A stretch of DNA of 64,000 nt from Octopus vulgaris (GCA_951406725.2 OX597822.1:70866001-70930000); one strand, 5' to 3'. Shown: positions 1 through 12,164, numbered from the stretch's first letter. Made by a program: numbers and translations. Notes: generated by a model from the sequence alone, not told the origin.

Positions 1-268
1 TTTGGTAGACGGAAACTGAAAGAAGCCTGTTGTATATATATATATATGTATGTATTCGTGTGTTGGTGTTTGTTCCTCCACCACCACTTGGCAACCGTTG
101 TTGGTGTGTTTACATCCCTGTAACTCAGCAAAAAGAGACTGAATGAACAAGTACTAAGCTTACAAAGAACAAGTCCTGGGGTCGATTCATTTGGCTGAAG
201 GTGATGCTCCAGCATGGCCACAGTCAAATGACTGAAACAAGTAAAAGAATAAAGGAATAAAAGAATAA
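1..268 (+). mobile_element. SINE family A (tRNA-derived, central microsatellite), 5' end cut by the window edge
   Basis: Same gacggaaactgaaagaagcc-(TA)n-...ctccagcatggccacagtcaaatgactgaaacaagtaaaaga body as about 20 other copies in the window. Confidence 0.85.
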
Positions 269-435
269 TAGAGGGTATGCAAAGTACCAGCATGCTAGAA
301 ATAAGAGTTAAAATACTCAAACAAGCCACCAAACTCACTGAAAAACATAACAGGCCAACAGAAATCAGGCAAATGAGCAGAGAAAATTTAACATTGTAAT
401 TTAGATGAAAGCTGTAGAATTAGGTAGCAGATATA

Positions 436-659
436 CAGTAATCCCTTGCCATATTGCGGTTCACCATATCACAGTTTATTATTTAAGCTTGCATCGATTC
501 CTCTGTGGTGTTGTTTTGCATTTATAATAAAATAAATATATGCAAATTATAAAAATAATTTGTAAAAATATACAGGACAGTACTGTTTCTACTTTGTGAA
601 TTTTTACCTATCGTGGGGTGTTTTGGAACATAACACTCACAATAGTTGAGGGATTGTTG
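436..659. mobile_element. Tc1/mariner-superfamily (Tigger/pogo-like) MITE
   Basis: TA|cagtaatccct...agggattgttg|TA imperfect TIRs with TA target duplication. Confidence 0.6.
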
Positions 660-661
660 TA

Positions 662-965
662 CCTTGGACTGAGCTGCATGTTGTGTTCTTGGGCAAGACA
701 CTTTATTTCACGATGCTCTAGTTCACTCAGCTGTAGAAATGAGTTGCGACGTCACTGGTGCCAAGCTGTATTGGCCTTTGACCTTCTCTTGGGTAACATT
801 GGTGGCATGGAAAGGGGTGGCTGGTATGTATGGGCGACTGCTGGTGTTTCATAAAAACAACTCTAGGTTGTGCATTCGCCAGTGAGGCGAATTTCTGCCC
901 AGACTTGTATTCAGGGCAGGGAACCTCTTTGGTGCACCCATGGTCATTCATGACCGATGGGGTCG
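662..965 (+). mobile_element. SINE family B, 5'-truncated
   Basis: cttgggcaagacactttatttcac...cagctgtagaaatgagttgcgacgtcac...catgaccga body shared with the copies at 23752, 31765, 40094 and 53927. Confidence 0.8.
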
Positions 966-2285
966 AGTTTAGTTTATCGTACCTGTATCATGATTTTGAA
1001 GTCTAGATTTATATATGTTTATACATTCATATTCTTGTTGCATGAACCAATACACACCAAGTGAGCAACTCAGAGTAACAGTTGAATGAATGATTGGTTT
1101 CAAATCAATAAACAAACCACATGTGTTGAGTACCATTTCATTTGTTTCTATGTCCAAACACAACACACACACACATTAATGTTTTTGCTCTCTTCTCCTT
1201 TTCTATCTCACTATTTTCTACTCTTTCTTTCTTTCTTTCTCTCTCTCTCTCTCTCATTCTCTTGCCCCAGCTTAGTCTCTCTTTTATGCCTCACCAAAGA
1301 CAGGAAATAACAGAATTTTTCCTCCCCCCACCACCACACACACACACACACTCTCCATCAATTACTAACAATAATTAAGACTATTATGATTTAAATTGAT
1401 TGACAATTATAGGATATTGATTACTCTCCAGTGAACACAGCTGCTACATCCAACCAGCACACACACACACACACACACACTCTCTCTCTCTCATTTCTCC
1501 CCCCTCCACTCCACCCTTCATTTAACTCTAATTATTTATTCTCAAACTAAAAATATAGCATTCTCTCTTTCACTTTCTCTTAAACATACAGATGTATAAA
1601 TGTATACAGGTTATGCATAAATTATACACACACACACAAATAATACTCATAAATTCATACAACTGTGTATGTGTATGTATATATGCATGTGTGTTTGTAT
1701 ATATGTATGCATATACATACATATATATATACACACATCACACACAATTTCATATGTATACTTACACACACACGCACTTCACAAACACACACATATGCAC
1801 ACTTTCTTATTTTTCAGAATATTTTTGTATTTTTGCAATCAAGTTATCTTACATCCATTTGTTTTACATAAATTTCCTCTTTCTTTTTCTCTTATCATTT
1901 CCTTTCTTTCTTTTCATTTTATCATTATTATCATCATCATCATCATTATTATTATCATTATTATGACAAACTTTATACATTGTTCTTTTTGCTTCTCATC
2001 TTTTCTCCTGACCTCTATTCTACTACTCACACTTTCTCTGTTTTGTTTTTTTTTTTTAATTTTTATTTCCCTTTCTTGTTTTCAACCCTTGTCATCATTG
2101 CTATCACTGCTGCAATTACTCTTTTATTGTATTTTCAATGCTCTTCATGTTTACTACTACTACTACTACTACTACTACTACAGGCTAACATCTATTTTCA
2201 ACATGTATATTTATGTACATGTGTGTACTTGTATCTTTGGGGATCTCGACCTAGTTCTCTGCATTGATGATAGAATATCTGTATA

Positions 2286-3136
2286 CATGATTTGATTAAT
2301 AAGTATCCAGACTGTTGCCATAGTAACAAAATCTAAAGCGTGCAGTGGGAAGTTGCTAGGTATGGATTGACCTTGAACTCTGCTGTGCATGCTCACTAAG
2401 TTTTAAAGTTCTAGCTCACAACTACTGTTTGGTGCTGTGCTTGGAAGGAAGGTGTGTAGCGTGTTATCATTGCATTGACCACAACAGAGGAAGTTGAGTA
2501 GTATCTGCATCAAATTTTGCCAAAAGCTTGGTGATATTTGCTCAGAGGCATACACAAAGGAGATCTTGTGCAACTGAAACCCGAGTTTTCTTTTGGTCAA
2601 CTGAAATCAGTTTTGGCACAAACTTGGCTGACTCATACCCAAATCTTCAGAGATAAAGGACTGAGCTGAATGATAATTAATCTGCACATCCTCTGATAAC
2701 TCATGGATGGTGTTTCGATGATTTCCCCTCACAGCTGCATGCACATCTATGATGTTTTTCTCAGTTCTGCTGGTTGCAGGTCTCTCAGAACATTTGTCAA
2801 CGTCGACATATTTTTCAGCCATCTTGGAAACATCTGAACCACTCATGTACATCTGTGCGACACATACACTCCTCTCCATACGCTTTCTGCAACTTTGCAT
2901 GGCCTTCTCTGCAGGTATCACCATGACAACTTTCTCTGTCATAGTCAATGCAATGATCACACGCTACACACATTCCTTCCAAGCACTGCTGTAAACATCA
3001 GATGTGAACTAGAACGTTAAAACTTAGTGCACATGCACAGCAGAAGTCAAGGTCAATCTGTGCAAAGCAGCTTTACTCTGCATGTTTTAGCTTCATTACT
3101 ATGGCAACAGTCCAGATACTTATTGATCAGACCATG
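2286..3136 (-). mobile_element. Non-autonomous mariner derivative with about 210-bp inverted arms and an N-terminal transposase remnant
   Basis: catgatttgattaataagtatccagactgttgccatagtaa at 2286 is reverse-complemented at the end near 3136. ORF 2607-2960(-) contains the mariner HTH region motif (..SERPATSRTEKNI..V...NHRNTIHELSEDVQIN..S..ISEDLGM). The + arm encodes ICIKFCQKLG. Confidence 0.85.
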
Positions 3137-3569
3137 TGTATATATATATACACACACACGCTATGTTACCTCTCTTTTTGGTTGGCACCTTACTCTGTTT
3201 ACAGATTTGGCCTGTTACTCTCGGTAGGTTGTCCCACAGAACCACCTAATTGTGTTGTATGTTATAACTTTTTTATCTCCTTTGTCTTGTCATGTGTGTC
3301 AGTTAATGCATCTATGACTTTGTATTCGTCCTACCTCTTCGAACTTTCTCGTCAGCCTTGGCCATCATCATCATCATCACCTTGCAGTCATGGGTCGGAT
3401 GGTTTGACAAGATCCCACAACCAAACGGCTGTGTCATGCTCCAATGTTAATTTTGACATGGTCACTACAACTGGATGCACTTCTTAATGCCAACTACTTT
3501 ACAGTGTATACTGGCTACTTTCCTCATGCCATGGGCACTACTGAGGTTTCTGAGTAAGTTGCTAGACAG

Positions 3570-4215
3570 GAAAAGAACAAGAAAGACTTGCTTTCCTCTG
3601 CCGCTTGATCCATCTAGCTGTTATTCTGAAGCCACTAACCACTGGTCTGTATTGGTTGCTACATTCTCTACCTAAGATAATCTTAGTATTTACAAGCAAC
3701 TACTAATCCCTTTTCCTGATCCTGTTTGGTGCAAAGCCTGTATGGCTTCAGTATTCACCCTATTGGATAAGTGATCAGCTGACTGGCCAGTTTCTTGAAA
3801 CTGATGTGGCAGATGGTAAGATCATTTGCATCACAGAACTCCAGGAGTACTGATCTTTCCTTATATTGTGTACCATCAACGTAAGTACCATTTTGCAAGC
3901 AGACTGCTCGTTAACGTCCAGCATGTTCATTAAAATTCTTAGTCATGAAAATGGGTTTGCTGTCATTCATTTTGGAAGTAGTCTACAGAAGAATCTCATA
4001 AAAATGGTCTTCTGCTCATCTACTGACCTAACTTTGATGCATAAGAGATAAATGTCACTGTCATTCTGTCCAATACCAACCTAATCTTAATTATCCTATC
4101 ACATGCTGGTTCCCTCAATTATCTTATCTATCCATTTCTCTGCAAGCAATATGGCCACCCCCACCTACCCCATCTCTGTTACCCATTCAGAAGAATTTGT
4201 ATTGCTATTCCTTGT
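3570..4215 (-). mobile_element. Decayed RTE-clade LINE, AP-endonuclease region
   Basis: Minus-strand fragments such as GVAILLAEKWIDKIIE, DRIIKIRLVL and LLEFCDANDLTIC..FKK...LITY, with stops and frameshifts. Confidence 0.7.
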
Positions 4216-4439
4216 GTGTCTGTGTGTAGATAATATGAAAGGCTGAATATATGTATGTATGTGTGTGTATGTGTATACACACACAGACAGATACACACAC
4301 GCTGGTCACAGGACATACTGCTGTACCAACATGACCAAGGCAAGACTTTCCTGGGCCAGATCTATGGTGACTAATGGATGTCTCCTACACTCACATATAC
4401 ATGTATATGTAATTTCTCTTTCTCCACTTCTTTTTCTTC

Positions 4440-4519
<80 letters not shown>

Positions 4520-4892
4520 AATTTAGATAACAAAGGAGTAAATAATTAGGTTATTAACTTCTTTAGTTTACAGGTGTTTCTGCTATAAGATGCAATGCAC
4601 TCATAGTCAAATGCTTGAGTATCACCCTATAGCTTCATCAGAGCAGAAAACATAAAGTGCAATTTTATTTTGGAAAGCATTTACATTATATATATTATCA
4701 TCATCATTTAACATCCGCTTTCCATGCTGACATGGGTTGGATGGGTTGTGGATTAGCAAGCCAGTTGGCTGCACCAGGTTTCAATTTGATCAGGCAAGGT
4801 TTCTGCAGCTGGATGCTCTTCCTAAGGCCAACCACTCCTAGAGTGTAGTAGGTGCTTTTTACATGCCATATATGTATGTTTCTTTCTATCTA

Positions 4893-4925
<33 letters not shown>

Positions 4926-5409
4926 CAGGGCAAATACTGTGATTTTTAATACCCTTTTTGGGTGAGGAACGAATAAGTATTATAAACTATGTGGTTTCCA
5001 CTGGGAATAGAAATCAAATCAAGAAAAAATAAAAGTGTGTGTGTGTGTGTGTGGGGGGGGGGGTTTCATACCATTCATCTCTGTTTTACTTCAATTTGCT
5101 GTAAGCCTTGAGGCATTCAATACTACTTTGATGGAACAAATATTAAGTTCTAGTTATGTCATCCTCATTACCTACAAGTTTGTACTGCAAGCTTTTCCCC
5201 ACCTTGTAGGGTTTCTTCCCTCTTCTGCCTCTACACACTACTTCCATCTTTTTCTCTTTGAACTTTCATCATTTTTTTCCCCTTCTTTATTGTTTTTTTT
5301 TTCTTTCTCTTTCATTGTATTCATTATTCCTTTATTTCCTCCTCTGTCCTTGTCATCATCATAGACTTTATCAACTCTCCCACCAGAACCATAGTTACAT
5401 CTCTCTATC

Positions 5410-5466
<57 letters not shown>

Positions 5467-5870
5467 CATATGTGTGTGTGTGCGTACATGTACTTATGTG
5501 TGCGCATATATGGCCATGTAATTTTTATGTTACCTTATCCAGTCTCTCATCAACTCTTCCTATCAGGATTCAACATGTTTTTTGACTGGCTTCATTTCAA
5601 TTAGAGCCTATTGTCACCTCAACCCAGTACATCTTCATCTATTATTATTATCATCAACATCATCATCAGTAGTAGTAGTAGTAGTAGCAACATCTTCATT
5701 TTCTCGGATAACATAAAAATGATATCAGAGTTAAGGCAGCCTTAAAATTTGATTTGTTTTTCTCTAAAAGAACCAAGTTTTCTATAATTATGTGCAAAAA
5801 ATTAAAAAAGGGAAATAAAGCAATAAACAAAAAAGTATAATTATTAAAATTTGAAGGTGAGAGGTGTGGG

Positions 5871-5909
<39 letters not shown>

Positions 5910-6556
5910 TGTGTATGTGTTGTAAGAAAATATAAAGAAAGTGAAAGTTCTGTGATGGCATTCCAAACGAACCCTATTGATCTTAACAACAGTTGCAAAA
6001 GCAGAAATGATGCTGACATAGTTTTGGGACGGAAACTGGCAACTTTTTCTCTTTTTTCTTCGTCTTAGATAATGAACTCATTCACAGTGACATATCAATA
6101 ATTTACTCATTCTCATAGGAATGTAGTGGTGATGAATGTAGTTGTTGTTGGTGGTGATGGCTGTATTTGTAGTTGTAGGAAGGTGTGTATATGTCTTTTT
6201 ATGAGAAGTTACTTTTTTTTTTAGTCCATGTGTTGTGGTTGTTGTTGTTCATCTTGGTATTTTGGTTTTTCCAGTTCACTAATATTAAAAATAAAAATCC
6301 TGTTATTTCTTCCAACAACACAATCAAATATATTTATGCATCACTGACTGATTTAGATAGGTGGTAGTAACAGTAGTAGCAGCAGAAACAGTGGTTGTAG
6401 TAGTAGTAGTTGTTGGGGATTGTAATAATTCAGATGTTGTTTACATGGATGTGTGAGCAACCAAATGTGTGGGGACAAGGAAACAGGGAATGAGAGAAGG
6501 TTGTGGTATTTATATAAAATTATATATGTACATGAATGTGTGCCTATGTGCATGCA

Positions 6557-6605
<49 letters not shown>

Positions 6606-6763
6606 TTACCAGGCTGTTTAGTAAGTTGTATGTAAAACATGAAGTTCTTTTTCTAATAGGGAATTGTTGATAATTATTTTAAGGGCTTGGTTCATTCCAA
6701 AAAAGCCATCTCACTTTTTTCTAACATTCTCTCCATCATTGACTTTTTGTTGTTGTTGTTGTT

Positions 6764-7150
6764 GTAGGAGTGGCTGTGTGGTAAGTAGCATGCTTTCGAA
6801 CCACATGGTTCCAGGTTCAGTCCCACGGTGTGGCACCTTGGGCAAGTGTCTTCTACTACAGCCTCGGGCTGACCAAAGCCTTGTGAGTGGATTTGGTTGA
6901 CGGAAACTGAAAGAAGCCCGTCGTATATATATATATATATATCTATATATGTGTGTGTATTTGTCCCCCCAACATTGCTTGACAATCAATGCTGGTATGT
7001 TTATGTACCCGTAACTTAGTGGTTCGGCAAAAGAGACCGATAGAATAAGTACTAAGGCTTACAAAGAATAAGTCCTGGGGTTGATTTGCTTGACTAAAGG
7101 TTGTGCTCCAGCATGGCCACAGTCAAATGACTGAAACAAGTAAAGAGTAA
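6764..7150 (+). mobile_element. SINE family A, full length
   Basis: tRNA-like head (ggagtggctgtgtggtaag...ggttcagtccc, A/B-box-like), central (TA)n(TG)n, 3' gactgaaacaagtaaagagtaa. Confidence 0.9.
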
Positions 7151-7900
7151 ACAGTGATATTTTGAAATAGTCTATTACGTACATTTGAGGTTTGTTTAAT
7201 TTATAGTAGGAAATGTATCCATTACATAAACCTTCCTTAAAGCATTTCGAAATTTTTTGTTTTCATTTTTTGCAATTGAATATTAAAACAGCGAGACATG
7301 TGATATCTTCATCATCATCATCATCATCATTGTTTAACGTCCTTCTTCCATGTTGGCATGGATTGGACAGTTTGACAGGAGTTGGCCAGGCAGAAGATTG
7401 TACCAGACTTTTGTGTCTGTTTTGGCACAGTCTTTGTGACTGGATGCCCTTAGCACAAACCACCCCACAGAATGAACTGAGTGCTCTTTACATGGCACCA
7501 GCACAAGTGAGGTCAGTTTTCGCATAATTTTTACCACTGGATGCCCCTTCAAATGCCAACCACTTTACAGTGTGGACTGGATGCTTTTTAAGTGGCACCA
7601 GCACCGGCAGGGTCACTAAGTAATTTTGCAAGACAAGGAATCTTTGAGATTCCTTAGTTAAGAAAAAAAAAACAACTATTGTAATAACGTATTGATTTTT
7701 ACCATAGGCACCAGACCAGATATTTATGAGAGGAGCATTTAATTATATCAATGCCAGAAATTGACAGGTTTTTAAAAAAATTTTGTGCCTTTTCAACAAT
7801 TTTTTAAAAACTCTTTTGTTATTTACATCAGTAGTTATAAGTTTTATACCTAATAGCTTTGTTACTAAAACATGAAATTAATGAATGTAGAATATTATAT

Positions 7901-8091
7901 ACTCTTTTACTTGTTTCAGTCATTTGACTGTGGCCATGCTGGAGCACCGCCTTTAGTCGGGCAAATCGATCCCAGGACTTATTCTTTGTAAGCCCAGTAC
8001 TTATTCTATCGGTCTCTTTTGCCGAACCGCTAAGTGACTGGGACGTAAACACACCATCGGTTGTCAAGCAATGCTAGGGGGAAAAACACAG

Positions 8092-8162
<71 letters not shown>

Positions 8163-8348
8163 CACACACATATATATATATATACGACAGGCTTCTTTCA
8201 GTTTCCGTCTACCAAATCCACTCACAAGGCATTGGTCAGCCCGGAGCTATAGCAGAAGACACTTGCCCAAGGTGCCACGCAGTAGGACTGAACCCTGAAC
8301 CATGTGGTTGGTTAGCAAGCTACTTACCACACAGCCACTCCTGCGCCT
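7901..8348 (-). mobile_element. SINE family A, full length, inverted relative to 6764-7150
   Basis: Reverse complement of the family A consensus. Confidence 0.9.
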
Positions 8349-8813
8349 AAAATATATATTATAACTAATGAAATGTTTTGCATAATATAAGAGAACTGAG
8401 TTAAAAATTGTTTGGTATGTGTCACAGCACTTTTTTCTGGTGTGATCACTCCCACTAACTTTAGAACCTGACTATGCTTCTGATACACACACACTATCTC
8501 AGTTTCTACTGCAATTCAACAAATACCCACTGCAGCTTCTGTTTGTTTTGTTTTGTTTTTCATATTTTCTTTTTTTTTCTCTCCCTTTTTTATTGTTTTT
8601 TAAAGTCCAGTGTTTCTTTTCATATTTAACACAAGTAAAATTGTGAGCAGTCACAACATCCGATAAAATAACTGATGTTCCTTTGAAAGGTTTCCCTGAT
8701 AAGGTGACCATTTCACTAGCATCATTTCCAGAATATAGATGTGTGGCTGTACTGACAGTGGGTACAACAACCCTCCATATAATTCTATTCTGTTTTTTTT
8801 TTAACTATTTCAG

Positions 8814-8953
8814 CCTACATCAGTACTGGTCAGATTATGGGTTGGGGAAATAAAGCTATTGAGATCAGAGCAGCAGACACGGGCCACTTGAATGGAGTTT
8901 TTATGCACAAAAAAGCCCAAAAACTCAAATTTTTGTGTGAACGCAATGATAAG
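8814..8953 (+). CDS. msn: Penultimate coding exon of a misshapen/TNIK/MAP4K4/MINK1 (mig-15) family Ste20 kinase, C-terminal CNH domain
   Basis: Polypyrimidine tract plus tttcAG acceptor (8812-8813) and GTaaat donor (8954-8955). The 140-nt exon reads (A)[46 protein letters not shown], matching the family C-terminal motif QIMGWGxKAIEIR...[24 protein letters not shown]. No upstream exon was recognised in 1-8813. Confidence 0.96.
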
Positions 8954-8998
8954 GTAAATATTATTTTGCTATTTTTTAAAAATCCAATGTTAATTCTT

Positions 8999-9640
8999 TT
9001 AACCCTTTTGTTACCATTTTTATCTTGAACCACACTGCTTTTCTTTCAATTAATTTAGAAAATAATGGATAATTTAATGAAATAATTTTGTCATTGTTAC
9101 TCTTATGTGTGGAACATGGATTAACAAGAAATTTTGATAGCAAGTTTTAATTTTTATATCACTTTAACCTTTTTGTTATCACATTTCTGTTGAGATGTTC
9201 TGTGTTTCTTTCAATTAATTTTAAATATAAGAAAGAAATTAGTAAAATAACTTTGTTATCGTTAAGCTAGTGTTAAGAACATAAATTGCGATTAAGATTT
9301 GGTGGTAGATTTTAATTCAAAACTTATGAAAACAATTCATTTGTACTACAGAGGCAGTTTCAACTGGGTTGGTATCAAAAGAGTTAAGAACTGTTTCTCT
9401 ATTATATATTTTAACCCTTTTGTTACTATATTTCTGTTGAGATGCTCTGTTTTCCTTTCAATTGATTTTAAATATAACAAAGAATTTAATAAAATAACTT
9501 AGTTATCATTAAGCTAGTGTTAAGAACATAAATTGTGACTTAGGTTTAGTGGAAGATTTTAATTTAGAACATTTGAAAACAAGACATTTGTACGACAGAG
9601 CCAGAGCTGGTTTCAGCTGGAATGGTATCAAAAGGGTTAA
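8999..9640 (+). mobile_element. Three tandem copies (first partial) of a ~230-bp TTAA-flanked, piggyBac-type MITE
   Basis: Units start ttaacc(c)ttttgtta and end tatcaaaag(g/a)gttaa. Reverse copies at 23448-23676 and 23695-24268, partial copies near 38370 and 52850. Confidence 0.7.
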
Positions 9641-9859
9641 AACAGGAAGTTTGTGCCATAAAACCGAGGGTGGTCTAAGATACTTTTTAGCATTAAAAAG
9701 GTTAAATAGAATCTTCTCAAAGAAAGTTTGTGTTGTATGATCTTAGAACCCAATAATATTAACATTCGAATATTATTTGAATTTAAAACTTTATATTATA
9801 AGCTTATGCCCTGTCAAGATTTATACTGAAATTGACTATTTTTCCACTACATCAAATTT

Positions 9860-10540
9860 CCTGACAGAACAAAAGGGGTTGTCTCCTTTGTATCAGCCCC
9901 AGTGTTCAACTGGTACTTATTGTATTGATCCCAAAAAGGATGAAAGGCGAAGTTGACATTGGTGAATTTTGAACCCAGTGATAATAATCCTTTCTGTTAT
10001 GGGCACAAGACCTGAAAATTGGTGGAAGGGGTTCAGTTAATTACATTGGATCCCAGTGTGCAACTGGCACTTATCTTCTCAACCCCAAAAGAGTGGAAAG
10101 TAAAGTAAACCTCACAGAGCGTAGAGACAGGTGAAATGCTGCAAAGCATTTTGCCAAGCATGTTAATGACTCTTCCAGCTTGTCACCATATAACAATAAT
10201 AATAATCAACCTTTCTACTATATCGCTTGTACTTAATTTATTGACCCTGAAAGGATGAAATGTATAGTCAACCTCATCGGAAATTGAACTCAGAATGTAG
10301 CGACAGACAAAATACCACTAAGCATTTCTCCCAGGGTGCTAACAATTAATAATAATAATAATTATCCTTTCTACACAAGGCCTGAAATTTTGGGGGAGGG
10401 AACTAGTCAATTACACCGAGCCCCAGTGTTTCACTGGCACTTAATTTATCGACCCTGAAAGGATGAAAGGCAAACTCAGCCTTGGCAGAAATTGAATTTA
10501 GAACATAGTGACAGACAAAATACCACTTAGCATTTCTCCC
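9860..10540 (-). mobile_element. Cluster of about 4 head-to-tail SINE family E copies with (AAT)n tails
   Basis: Repeated gtacttaatttatcgaccctgaaaggatgaaaggcaaa...gaactcagaa, the reverse complement of the full copy at 61180-61396. Confidence 0.75.
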
Positions 10541-11311
10541 GACAGAGTGTAAGCGCCCTGAGAGAAATGCTGGATATAAGAAGCATCGGATGTGGCGTGC
10601 AAGAGAGACGCTTGCACTGGTATAGTCATGTACTATGGATGGATGAGGAGAGATGTGTGAAGAAGTACTACTCCCAAACAGTTGAAGGAATCATGAGAAG
10701 ACATGAGATGAGGTGGTCAAGCATGACCTTCGAACATTGAGCCTCACAGAGGCAATGACAAAAGACCGAGACCTCTGGAGATATGCTATAACTGCGAAGA
10801 CCCAACAAATAGCGTGAGTTCATGGCTGTTTCCTGCACCAGCTTCACATAGCAGCCCCAGCCCATCCAAAGTACTTTGGGCCGCAGGACAGCCTGCTGTG
10901 CTTACCTTGAATCATAGGGCGACCTGCTGTGCTTGAGGAGACCTATGGAGTCAAGTACATCAAAATAAAAATCAAATGGAAATTGTAGTTGTGATACCCG
11001 TGCCGGTGGCGCACAAAAAGCACCATCCGAACATGGCCGATGCCAGCGCCGCCTTGACTGGCTTCCGTGCTGGTGGCACATAGAAAGCACCAACCGGTTG
11101 TGGCCGTTGCCAGCCTCCCTTGGCACCTGTGCCGGTGGCACGTAAAATGCACCCACTACACTCACGGAGTGGTTGGTGTTAGGAAGGGCATCCAGCTGTA
11201 GAAACACTGCCAGATCAGACTGGAGCCTGGTACAGCCATCTGCTTTCCTAGAACCCGGTCGAACCATCCAACCCATGCCAGCATGGAAAACAGACGTTAA
11301 ACGATGATGAA
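10541..11311 (+). mobile_element. 5'-truncated RTE-clade LINE 3' end (ORF2 C-terminus, 3' UTR, GAT tail) in the last intron of the kinase
   Basis: LREMLDIRSIGCGVQERRLHWYSHVLWM...VKHDLRTLSLTEAMTKDRDLWR; internal ggcac..aaaagcacc sub-repeats; tail acccatgccagcatggaaaacagacgttaaacgatgatga. Related tail fragments near 3360, 4697, 7310, 13355, 29620, 32395, 35200, 48540, 50815, 59228 and 59395. Confidence 0.8.
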
Positions 11312-11416
11312 TCCTTTGCATGTTTATAGTAGGGCTAGGATTGAAATAGTAGTAAATGTGTATTTTCTGATGAGCTAAACACTAAAGTTGTTTTTGTTTT
11401 ATTCTTATCATTTCAG

Positions 11417-11500
11417 GTTTTCTTCTCATCCGTGCGGTCTGGCTCATCTTGCCAAATATACTTCATGACTTTAAACAGACCTGGTTTGACCAACTGGTGA
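11417..11500 (+). CDS. msn: Terminal coding exon of the misshapen/TNIK/MAP4K4-family kinase
   Basis: T-rich tract plus tttcAG acceptor (11415-11416). Phase-0 continuation VFFSSVRSGSSCQIYFMTLNRPGLTNW* (TGA 11498-11500) matches the family C-terminus VFFxSxxSGxSxQxYFMTL...W. Confidence 0.96.
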   Translation, partial: VFFSSVRSGSSCQIYFMTLNRPGLTNW

Positions 11501-12129
11501 ACTGGACACAACTGAGACAGCAACTTTAACACACACACATAAACACTCACACACATAAACATTCACACATGCACACACACACACATACTTACACAACATG
11601 GACACATCCATACATGCACATGAATATATGTATATATATATATTTATGTATATATATATATATATATATATACATACATGAAAATGTCTGTATTTGTGTG
11701 CATGTGTTTTAATATGTATATTTATGTATTTTACATTTATGTATACATTTTTATGTATATACACATATAGCCACATATATACTGGTGTATGGATATATAT
11801 ATGTATGTAGCTATGTATAAGCGTGTGTGTGTGTGTGTCAAACTCACACATACACACACAAATATGGTATGCCTACTTTATCACAATGGCAAGAATCTGC
11901 CTTTTTAAAGTCTTTTAGGCCCATACCTATTCTAACCCAAACTCCAGTTGCTGATAACCTGTGTCTGAAATCCAAAACCAATAACTTTTCATTAGACAAG
12001 TCAATGATCTATAATTCCATAATATAGTCATCTTATTTTCCTGAGGACAATTTAAACTGCCATCTTCCCTTTTCCCACCTGTCTTTTTTTTGTTGTTGTT
12101 CATTTGTTTTTATTTTTTTAATTTAATAC

Positions 12130-12164
<35 letters not shown>

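Noticed and set aside
1432-1452. tgaacacagctg resembling the start of miR-317
   Set aside because: Only 12 nt match, the rest diverges, and no hairpin partner was seen.
6764-6840. tRNA-like sequences at SINE heads
   Set aside because: A/B-box-like motifs only, always fused to SINE bodies; no complete cloverleaf.
6692-6989. Recurrent peptides such as DGLLSVSVYQIHSQGFGRPEAIVEDTCPRCH in many ORFs
   Set aside because: Translations of SINE family A, not a protein family.
11005-11155. Short regularly spaced repeats (ggcac..aaaagcacc) resembling a CRISPR array
   Set aside because: Eukaryotic context; they are internal sub-repeats of the RTE 3' UTR and recur at about 35300, 45950 and 48650.
11368-11374. 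CTGATGA near the last acceptor (and at about 35024) as a hammerhead core or snoRNA box
   Set aside because: No stem II, GAAA or stem I arrangement; the first lies in the branch-point region of the intron.
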